64,000 nucleotides of DNA from Eubacteriales bacterium. Its GTDB lineage: Bacteria > Bacillota > Clostridia > Oscillospirales > CAG-272. The translations under genes were made by a program, and so were the position numbers. How positions within the stretch are numbered: position 1 is the first letter of the stretch; the number at the start of each line of letters is the position of its first letter. Location of the stretch: NCBI GenBank assembly GCA_045531485.1, contig JAZSEC010000018.1:3170-67169 (forward strand), written 5' to 3'. Below, in pieces: positions 55,447 through 63,194 of this stretch. The notes below the pieces were generated by a model. That model was not told the origin of the DNA. It was given only the letters and a program-made list of their open reading frames with translations, and searched no databases.

Positions 55447-58400
55447 ATGCTAATGAAAGACACAAGACGTTCATTGCTCACAAGCACTATTTCATTGCTG
55501 CTCTGCTTTGTTATGCTGCTTGGAACAACCTTCGCTTGGTTTACCGACATCGCTGTCAGCGAGGGTAACGTAATCCAGGCGGGTAAGCTTGACATCGAGC
55601 TGATGCAGGCGACAAAAACCGCTTCCGGTTGGGATTGGCAGTCCGCTTCGGGCAAGGCAATCTTCGACTATGATAAGTGGGAGCCCGGCTATACCACAAC
55701 CGCAGTTCTCGGCGTGCAGAACAACGGCACCCTCTCTGCAAATTGGACCGCTAAGCTTGTTCTTAACGGCACACCCACTATTCTTGCAGACGTTATCGAG
55801 ATTTACGTAACCAGCTATAAGAATTATCCCGATGCCCGCCCCGACTTTAATGACGGAAATTGGCAGAAGCTCGGTACCGTTCGCGACATTCTTGACAATG
55901 ACGGTCTTATTCTTCCCGGCGGTCAGATCGATCCCGGCCGTCGTCAGCCTATCCTTGTTGCTCTCCACATGAGAGAGGATGCAGGCAACGAGTATCAGGG
56001 ACTTAACCTCGGTGCTAACTTTGATATCGTAATCATGGCGACCCAGGCATCTGCAGAGTCCGACTCCTTCGGCAGCGACTATGACACCGATGCTAAGTGG
56101 CCCGAGATTCCTTCCGTTGGCAACAGTGCCAGTGCGAACGTTACTCTCGATGAGAATAACCTCCTCACCGAAGAGGTTACAATGACCAGTGCGGATGGCA
56201 AGATCTCTGCCACCCTTCCCGCAGGCACAAAGCTGCTCCCCGGCACAACAACCGTAAAGCTTGTTATAGCCGACAAGGAGAACAGCGAGGCTAACCTTAC
56301 CCTTGACGATAACCAGGCGAGTCTTTCTCTCGACGTACACGTCACCGGCATCGCTGATGATAACGACAAGGCAATCAAGGTTGAGCTTGGCGAGGTGCTT
56401 CCTACCGGTCTTAATATGGGTAACTATAACCTCTATCACGTAGAGGACGGTCAGACCAACATTATGACCCTTCTTGATGACACCGTAGGCATCGGCCACA
56501 ACACCTATGCATACGATCCCTCTAACGGTAAGGTTGTCGTATATATGGCATCCTTCTCGGAGGTTACTCTTGTAGCCGAGCCCGCTAAGTGGGAGGGTAA
56601 TTTTGATTACTCCTGGTATACAAACGCGGTTGCTCCTGTTGATGGTGAGTCCACAGCAGATTATGTAATCGCAAATGCTGACCAGCTTGCAGCCTTTGGT
56701 GCAATCGTTGGCGGTATGAACGGTCAGACTCAGGATTCCTTCTCGGGCAAGACCGTAAAGCTTATTTCCGATATCAACCTTGGTGACAAGGAGTCGGAGA
56801 ACAACCCCGACATCATCTTCTATCCCATCGGTTACTACAATTCCGAGGGAACCTATGAGAGAACTAACACCGCTATCACCTCCGGACTTAAAAACTTCGA
56901 GGGTACCTTCGACGGTAACGGTCACACAGTTTCTAACTTCTACCAGAACACCTGGGAAATGAAGGGCGATCATAACTGGTACAGCCCTGAGGAGCAGTAT
57001 TACCGCGACGGTATGGGTCTGTTCGGTAGAGTTTACGGCGGTACAGTTAAAAACCTTACTGTAAAGAACTTCTCCTCCGACGGTGAGATCGCTACTACCG
57101 GTGTTATCGCTGCTTACGCAGACGGTGCCACCTTTGAAAATATCGCGATCTTTAACTGTAATCCCAGAGTATATAACATCGGCAACGGCGGTATCGTTGG
57201 TTGCGTTGGTTGGTACGCTAAGGAAGCGAACCTTAAGACCACATTCACTAACATCACCGTTGATAACTCTAACAAGATCTCCGCACTTTGGGGCTCTTAT
57301 GACGTAGCATGCGGCGGTATCGTTGGTCAGTATTATCCCACCAGCGGCCAGACCTCTGCAGGCACTCCCAAGAACGCAGGTATTGAGTTTACCAACTGCC
57401 ACGTTTCCGCGGTTATGGACGTTTACAACGACGTTTGTGCGAACTATCAGTACTACGCTTACCGTTACACCGGTATGCTTATCGGCTCCGTTCGTGAGAA
57501 CGTTGAACAGAACGGTCACGTATATCCCGATATGACCGGCATCACCGCTGAGAACTGTACAGTTCACTTTGGTGACTGGAACGACTATTACTATTGCGAG
57601 ATCGTTGCAAACTCTCTCGCATCTTATACACACGATCATCAGTTCAGCCGTCTTACTCAGGTGGCATCTGTTGACGTTGAGAATATGAAAGTTACCGACC
57701 TTAAGGGTAACGAAACTGATATTCCTACTTCTGGTTGGGTTCACTACGTTGTAGTTAAAAATAAGGATAACACAACAGGCAAGTGGATCCACGGTGACGG
57801 TTCTAACTATGCAACCTGCTATCACTTTAAGGATGGCGAGGTTTGGACTCACGATAAAGCAGGAACAGAAACCGTCAACGGTGTTGAGGGTGTTCTTAAG
57901 GAAGATAAGCAACTTGTTTACCTCGAGTTCAACAACCTCGTAACCGGCTACGGCTGGGGTGTAACCTCTAAGGGCGTTGGCGATCTCACAGGTGTTACTA
58001 TTCTTGATAGAGCAGAAGGTAATTCTGTTGAAAAGTTTGAAAGCGATGTAACCGAGCTTTCGAACAATAGAGAATATAAGCTTAGTGAAATCTTCACTCT
58101 AATTGAAAACACAGGCGTTGAACTTGTTCCCGGTGCTCTTGCAGTAAGTGTTACTAACCTTGAAGAAAATAATCTCGTTTCTGCGACTATCGTTTATGAT
58201 AGAAACAACTGGGAAAACAGCACAATCACACTTACCGGTGATGGTAAGGTTAAGATCACCATTCAGGACTACTACTTCTGTACTCCTACTACCATTGAGG
58301 TAACTGTTACAGATCGTCAGCCTGAAGAAAAGTTTGAACTTGTATTCCAGAATACTGAAAAATATCTTTATAAGATTGGTAATGTAAATACCGTAAAGCT

Positions 58401-61400
58401 TGGTCAGTTGTTCAAGGCTAAGGATGGTGCAGAAATCGGCACTGTTTCTGTAAAAGTTGCGGCGGTTGAAGGATCCGGTGCAAGCGGTGTATACACAAGC
58501 AACGCAACTTGGACCAATGGAACAATCCAGTTCTCCGGCACAGGCGTTGTAAAGGTTACCATTACCGATAACGATTACTGCACACCTACTGTGCTTTACC
58601 TCGAGGTTGTTGATGCAGTAAATGCAACCACAGCAACAAGTGCAACAGCTAATAACGTTGTACTTCTTAATGACATTTCAAGCGGCTTTACCGTATCCGG
58701 CAGATATGCAGTATATGGCAACGGCTTCACACTGAACTACACCGGCAACGGTCAGTATCTCAACAACGGTCTTAAGCAGGGTATTGTTACCGTTTCTGGA
58801 AACGGCACACTTGACAACCTTAGAATTAAGGCAAGCATTTATCCCACTTCTTATCTGTATTATGAACAGGTAAAGAAGGGTCCTTCTTCTGTAGAAGGAG
58901 ATAAGACCAGATACCACTATCAGCTTTCTGCAGTAGCGGCGTCTGAAAATGCAACAATTTCTAACTGCTATATTTACGGCGGAAGAAATAATATCTATAT
59001 TGGAACAGGTAACGTAACCGTTAAGGATACGGTTCTTGAATGCGGTACTGTTTCTAATATCCAAATTATTAGCAATGATAGTCACACCATAACCTTTGAA
59101 AATCTTACTACCATCCAGTACCTTGTAAGTCCTACTGTATTTGACGATGAAGAAACACAGAAAGACTTTAAGATGATTGGCTTTGGTATCTTTGTTGGTG
59201 ACGGTGACGCTGATATAATTCCCACTAACCCCAAGCTTGTCTTTAACGGCGACTTGAAGCAGTATAACTGGGTAAGCGAAACCGAAGTAAACGGTGTTAA
59301 TAGCAACAACTCCGGATACATTGAGAATGCTCTTAATGCAGCTATTGGAAACGAAACATATAAGCGTGATGACGGTACTGCAAATATGGGCGTTGTATTC
59401 CTGAATAACCAGACTACTAACATCGAAAATAATACAGGAATAGATTATCAGCTTGGTGAAATTTCGATTATGAATGTTACGGGTCAGGTTTACTCTATTC
59501 CTAAGACCGAAACCGAAATTTATACCGATTATGCAAACGCTGACAGATCTACTGTAAACGGACTCTACGTTCCTCAGTTTAAGTATCCTGCAGACCTTGG
59601 TGGTCAATACATCGAAAAGACCGATGATGGTGACGAATTTGTTTATCGTGAGGGTGATGTAATTTATGTAATGTTCCCCTCCGGTGATAGTAAGGAACTT
59701 GATCTTGCGGCTCTTGTAAATATTGTAAAATATACCGGTCAGGATCTTGGTCTTGTTATTACAGTTAAGGATGGTAATGGAAATGCTGTCGCTGTAAATA
59801 ATGGAAAGATTACACTTTCCGCAGCAGAAGAATACACTATAACTTACACTGTAACCGATACTCTGTTCTATGATAAGGGTGGAAACACTGTTGATGGTAC
59901 AGAAATGTATTCTTGGGATGTAACTGTATCTGTTTCCCTCAAGGACACAGCAGTTCCCAACGCATACTTTACATACGATACCACAAAGCAGACTATGGGA
60001 TATGCGAAGAAGAGTGTCTTTTCTGGTGGTCAAACTCAGTATCTTCCCTTCCTTGCAGGTCTTAAGATTTATGACTATGTTGGACAGAATGCATATCTCA
60101 GATTTGACGGTGATAGCGACTTTAGTAAGATTGCTTCTGCTGAAATCACCGGATATACAAGTGCAAATCACGTTCTTATCAAAGTAACGCTTACCGACGG
60201 CGGTGTTATTAACATCGATACAACCGCAAGAGCGGCGTCGGGTGGTTCTACATATACAGGAAAGCTTCAGACAAGCGGCAACACTCTGTACTATGTAAAC
60301 GACGGTACTACAAGTGCAACAACTACAACTTGGGTAATTTCCAGTTACAAGTTTGTAGGTAACAACGGTGTTGAAATTGACTCTGGTGCTGTTACCTTCT
60401 CAAACTGCGAGAATGGAAGTGTTCCTACCGGTTCCTTCAGCACTACAATTAAGTACACTGTAACCTATGATGCAAATGGTGGTGACTGCGGTCAGACCGT
60501 TGGTTATGCTACATCTGCTGCAACAGCAGTGACCCTTCCCACACCCACTCGTAGCGGTTACACCTTCACAGGTTGGTATACAGCAGCGAGCGGTGGTGAA
60601 AGAGTTGGTGGTGCAGACGACAGCTACACACCTTCTGCAAACATCACTCTCTATGCACAGTGGGGCACGCCTTCTACTGTAACCTATGATGCAAATGGTG
60701 GTTCTTGTGGTACTGCAAGCGAAAAATTTGACGGTAAGACCCTCATTCTTCCCGAGGCTACAAGAGATGGTTACACCTTCCTTGGTTGGTATACGGCAGC
60801 TACAGGCGGTGAAAGAATAGGACCTGCTGGTATGAGCTATAATCCTACAGGAGATATTACCCTCTATGCACAGTGGCAGTTGCCTATCACCGTAACCTAT
60901 GAGGTAAATGGCGGTTCTTGTGGAACTGAAAATGAAGTTTATGATGGTGATTTGACTCTTCCTACCCCCACTCGTACAGGTTACGACTTCCTTGGTTGGT
61001 ATACAGCAGAAACCAATGGTACGAGAGTTGGTGGTGCAGGCGAAAGCTACACACCTTCTGCAGATATCACTCTCTATGCTCAGTGGGAACAGATTAGTTA
61101 CACAATTACTACTGATGAGAATAAAGCAACTGTAACCGTTGATAAGACTTCAGCACATTATGGCGATACTGTTACCGTAACAGTTTCATTCTCAGAAAAC
61201 AATGACAAATCTCTTACAGTAACGGACGCAAGTGGAAATGAAGTTCTTAGTAAGTCTGCTGCGGGTACTTATACATTTACAATGCCTGCAAGTAATGTAA
61301 CCATTAAAGCAAGTAGTTCTGGCACATGCTTCACTCCCGACACTCTTATCACTCTTGCAGATGGTACTCAGGTACGCGTTGATTCGCTGACCGGTGAAGA

Positions 61401-62028
61401 GATGCTTCTCGTTTGGAACCATCAGACCGGTGCATTTGAGAGCGTTCCTGTGGCTTACATCGTAAACCACGGTGGAGAAAAGTCTGAGCAGGAGATTACT
61501 CACCTCTACTTCTCCGACGGAAATGAAATTAAGATTATTGGAGAGCACGTATTCTTTGACGTAACACAGAATAAGTACGTATCCATTACAAGCGAAAATG
61601 CAGAAGAGTATATCGGTCACCTGTTCACAGGTATAAACGGCACCAATGATGCTCTTACTACCATTGAGCTTACAAAGGTTGAAAGATACGTTGAGGAAAC
61701 CGAGGTTTACGAGGTTGTTTCCTATGAGCATCTTACATGCTTCACCAACAATATTCTTTCCACCTCCGCATATCTTGACAAGCTGTTAAATATCTTTGAC
61801 ATCAATCCTGACACTATGGCATACTCTGCTGAGCTTGTGCAGAAGGATATTGAAACCTATGGCTTGTACACTTATGCAGACTTCGAGGGATTGATTTCCG
61901 AAGAAGCATTTGAAATGTATAACGCGTCTTACCTCAAGATTGCGGTAGGCAAGGGATACATAACATGGGATGATATTCTTGATTTGATTGACATCTACTT
62001 TGCAGCAGAGGTTAATCCTATTCAGTAA
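55447..62028 (+). CDS. 2193-aa secreted protein: TasA-like N-domain + Ig-like + beta-helix regions + 3 Listeria-Bacteroides repeats + C-terminal Hint domain and 86-aa tail
   Basis: 'GTTFAWFTDIAVSEGNVIQAGKLDI' ... 'DAGNEYQGLNLGANFDIVIMATQ' ... 'GTFDGNGHTVSNF' ... 'NATISNCYIYGGRNNIYIGTGNVTV'. Three 'VTYDANGG..GY.F.GWYTA..GG.R.G....Y.P..DITLYAQW' repeats follow. The Hint domain starts at 'CFTPDTLITLADGTQVRV'. Confidence 0.85.
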   Translation: MLMKDTRRSLLTSTISLLLCFVMLLGTTFAWFTDIAVSEGNVIQAGKLDIELMQATKTASGWDWQSASGKAIFDYDKWEPGYTTTAVLGVQNNGTLSANWTAKLVLNGTPTILADVIEIYVTSYKNYPDARPDFNDGNWQKLGTVRDILDNDGLILPGGQIDPGRRQPILVALHMREDAGNEYQGLNLGANFDIVIMATQASAESDSFGSDYDTDAKWPEIPSVGNSASANVTLDENNLLTEEVTMTSADGKISATLPAGTKLLPGTTTVKLVIADKENSEANLTLDDNQASLSLDVHVTGIADDNDKAIKVELGEVLPTGLNMGNYNLYHVEDGQTNIMTLLDDTVGIGHNTYAYDPSNGKVVVYMASFSEVTLVAEPAKWEGNFDYSWYTNAVAPVDGESTADYVIANADQLAAFGAIVGGMNGQTQDSFSGKTVKLISDINLGDKESENNPDIIFYPIGYYNSEGTYERTNTAITSGLKNFEGTFDGNGHTVSNFYQNTWEMKGDHNWYSPEEQYYRDGMGLFGRVYGGTVKNLTVKNFSSDGEIATTGVIAAYADGATFENIAIFNCNPRVYNIGNGGIVGCVGWYAKEANLKTTFTNITVDNSNKISALWGSYDVACGGIVGQYYPTSGQTSAGTPKNAGIEFTNCHVSAVMDVYNDVCANYQYYAYRYTGMLIGSVRENVEQNGHVYPDMTGITAENCTVHFGDWNDYYYCEIVANSLASYTHDHQFSRLTQVASVDVENMKVTDLKGNETDIPTSGWVHYVVVKNKDNTTGKWIHGDGSNYATCYHFKDGEVWTHDKAGTETVNGVEGVLKEDKQLVYLEFNNLVTGYGWGVTSKGVGDLTGVTILDRAEGNSVEKFESDVTELSNNREYKLSEIFTLIENTGVELVPGALAVSVTNLEENNLVSATIVYDRNNWENSTITLTGDGKVKITIQDYYFCTPTTIEVTVTDRQPEEKFELVFQNTEKYLYKIGNVNTVKLGQLFKAKDGAEIGTVSVKVAAVEGSGASGVYTSNATWTNGTIQFSGTGVVKVTITDNDYCTPTVLYLEVVDAVNATTATSATANNVVLLNDISSGFTVSGRYAVYGNGFTLNYTGNGQYLNNGLKQGIVTVSGNGTLDNLRIKASIYPTSYLYYEQVKKGPSSVEGDKTRYHYQLSAVAASENATISNCYIYGGRNNIYIGTGNVTVKDTVLECGTVSNIQIISNDSHTITFENLTTIQYLVSPTVFDDEETQKDFKMIGFGIFVGDGDADIIPTNPKLVFNGDLKQYNWVSETEVNGVNSNNSGYIENALNAAIGNETYKRDDGTANMGVVFLNNQTTNIENNTGIDYQLGEISIMNVTGQVYSIPKTETEIYTDYANADRSTVNGLYVPQFKYPADLGGQYIEKTDDGDEFVYREGDVIYVMFPSGDSKELDLAALVNIVKYTGQDLGLVITVKDGNGNAVAVNNGKITLSAAEEYTITYTVTDTLFYDKGGNTVDGTEMYSWDVTVSVSLKDTAVPNAYFTYDTTKQTMGYAKKSVFSGGQTQYLPFLAGLKIYDYVGQNAYLRFDGDSDFSKIASAEITGYTSANHVLIKVTLTDGGVINIDTTARAASGGSTYTGKLQTSGNTLYYVNDGTTSATTTTWVISSYKFVGNNGVEIDSGAVTFSNCENGSVPTGSFSTTIKYTVTYDANGGDCGQTVGYATSAATAVTLPTPTRSGYTFTGWYTAASGGERVGGADDSYTPSANITLYAQWGTPSTVTYDANGGSCGTASEKFDGKTLILPEATRDGYTFLGWYTAATGGERIGPAGMSYNPTGDITLYAQWQLPITVTYEVNGGSCGTENEVYDGDLTLPTPTRTGYDFLGWYTAETNGTRVGGAGESYTPSADITLYAQWEQISYTITTDENKATVTVDKTSAHYGDTVTVTVSFSENNDKSLTVTDASGNEVLSKSAAGTYTFTMPASNVTIKASSSGTCFTPDTLITLADGTQVRVDSLTGEEMLLVWNHQTGAFESVPVAYIVNHGGEKSEQEITHLYFSDGNEIKIIGEHVFFDVTQNKYVSITSENAEEYIGHLFTGINGTNDALTTIELTKVERYVEETEVYEVVSYEHLTCFTNNILSTSAYLDKLLNIFDINPDTMAYSAELVQKDIETYGLYTYADFEGLISEEAFEMYNASYLKIAVGKGYITWDDILDLIDIYFAAEVNPIQ

Positions 62029-62040
62029 TCACCCACAACC

Positions 62041-62062
62041 CCCAAGCCCTTCGGGGCTTGGG
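62041..62062 (+). other. Hairpin with TTCG loop after the 2193-aa gene
   Basis: CCCAAGCCC-TTCG-GGGCTTGGG with no T-run. Confidence 0.7.
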
Positions 62063-62099
62063 TGGTACCTAAAGGGCGGGAAAGACCGAGGCGGTCTAC

Positions 62100-62152
62100 A
62101 CCTCATCCGGCTTGTTGCACAAGCCACCTTCCCCTCCGATCAAAGGGGAAGG
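62100..62152 (+). repeat. ACCTCATCC + two-hairpin repeat unit
   Basis: ACCTCATCC, then GGCTTGT-TGC-ACAAGCC, then CCTTCCCCT-CCGATCAA-AGGGGAAGG. 'GCCACCTTCCCCTC' is shared with the right end of the DUF559 cassette. Confidence 0.7.
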
Positions 62153-62216
62153 CGATAGGTCCGCTGAGCTTTCCGGCAGGGCGAGGCTGATACGGACGAC
62201 CAATGGTCGCCCCTAC

Positions 62217-62250
62217 GGTCTACACCTAATCAGGACAAAGGAAAAGGCTA
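62217..62250 (+). repeat. Degenerate copy of the same repeat
   Basis: GGTCTACACCTAATCAGG..., compared with GGTCTACACCTCATCCGG at 62093. Confidence 0.45.
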
Positions 62251-62269
62251 TCACGCCTTTTGGGTACCA

Positions 62270-62510
62270 AAGCCAAAAATAATTTTGGCATCGGAACAAA
62301 TTAATTTCCAAAGCAAATTAAATCAAAATTCCAAAGCACAAGCAACGCATATTTTAAACCAAAGCACGAGCAAATCAAAGGCTCGAAAAAGCAAAGCAAA
62401 TTCCCCAAAAACAACGCAAAATTCAACCAAAAGCAAAACGCAAAGCAAATTAACCAACCCCGCAAAGCATTTTATTTGCAAAAACAAAAAACGAAAAATA
62501 AAGCTAGGCT
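62270..62510 (+). other. CA-rich, G-poor low-complexity tract (CAAAG/AAAGCA reiterations)
   Basis: About 240 nt dominated by CAAAGCA-like units. Its only ORF (62285-62524, TTG start, no SD) encodes a K/S/Q low-complexity peptide. Confidence 0.6.
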
Positions 62511-62572
62511 TGACAGTCAAATGAGTCATTTTAAGAAATTCATTCACCAAATTCAGAAAGGAGGTTGCCACG

Positions 62573-63139
62573 ATGGGCCTTTTCGATCTCTTCAAAAAGA
62601 AGCAGTCTGACGAGAACAATGGCGTTAACGCGGATAAAATTTTCATTCGTAACGTCGGCGTGTCTTTCGTAGGAATAATCATCTGCATCGTGATGCTGTC
62701 CGCATCAAGCTATGCCTGGTTCAGCACCACCATCGAGTCCAACAACTCCATAACCTCCTCTGTTTATAAGCTGGATATCGGCGTCGTTGAAGAGGATGGC
62801 GGGGTTACTCCGCTGACCGCTACGGTTACCGAGAACGGCGACTACGTTTACAGCCTCGAGGCAGGGAAGACCTATACGGTCACCATCACCGCCCTGGCAG
62901 AAAACACCACCGGCAAGACAGGTTACATAAAGCTCCGTACGAGCAAGATGGCAGAGGACGACCGTGCCCTCTACTCCGAGCAGATCGACCGCGGTGATAC
63001 CATCAGCTTCAACCTCCATTACACCGACTCCACCGACGTTACCATCATCGAGGGCTGGGGAATGTCCAGCGTCCCCGAGGACGAAAGAGATATTCTGAAC
63101 GGTGGCTCCTACGGCGATTCTACCGCAAATGGAAGCTGA
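62573..63139 (+). CDS. 188-aa protein with a SipW-cognate-type signal (divergent)
   Basis: GGAGG RBS and a long n-region, then 'MLSASSYAWFSTTIESNNSITSSVYKLDI'. It lacks the C-terminal NxYQG...Q strand motif. Confidence 0.65.
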   Translation: MGLFDLFKKKQSDENNGVNADKIFIRNVGVSFVGIIICIVMLSASSYAWFSTTIESNNSITSSVYKLDIGVVEEDGGVTPLTATVTENGDYVYSLEAGKTYTVTITALAENTTGKTGYIKLRTSKMAEDDRALYSEQIDRGDTISFNLHYTDSTDVTIIEGWGMSSVPEDERDILNGGSYGDSTANGS

Positions 63140-63194
63140 TTTTTAACTGAGATTATTAATTGAATTTTTTATATAACGAAAGGAAAAATAAACT

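Noticed and set aside
49878-60171. Long antisense ORFs inside the TasA-type locus: 49878-51290, 51843-53738, 55492-57912, 58678-60171, 63246-63875 and 45997-46557 (all on the - strand), plus 47687-48415 (-).
   Set aside because: They lie opposite ORFs that have RBSs, signal peptides and repeated family signatures. Their translations are Cys/Val/Gly-rich nonsense, so they are shadow ORFs.
49911-62028. Sortase (LPXTG), SLH, dockerin, choline/cell-wall-binding repeats or a C-terminal TM anchor in the large proteins.
   Set aside because: I searched the translated sequences by eye. The only hit is an internal 'LPTGL' far from the C-terminus with no hydrophobic or charged tail. No anchor is claimed, and this absence is used as evidence in the findings.
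62060-62069. GGGTGGTACC, a match to the core of the T-box motif.
   Set aside because: It is the 3' half of the post-gene TTCG hairpin plus 4 nt. It lacks the rest of the T-box and a specifier or terminator context, and no aminoacyl-tRNA-related gene lies downstream. The match is coincidental.
62285-62524. 79-aa ORF (TTG start) through the CA-rich tract, and the antisense 121-aa ORF at 62323-62688.
   Set aside because: There is no SD. The K/S/Q/N peptide has extremely low complexity that follows from the nucleotide repeats, and the antisense ORF overlaps the real 62573 gene start. I treated the region as non-coding.
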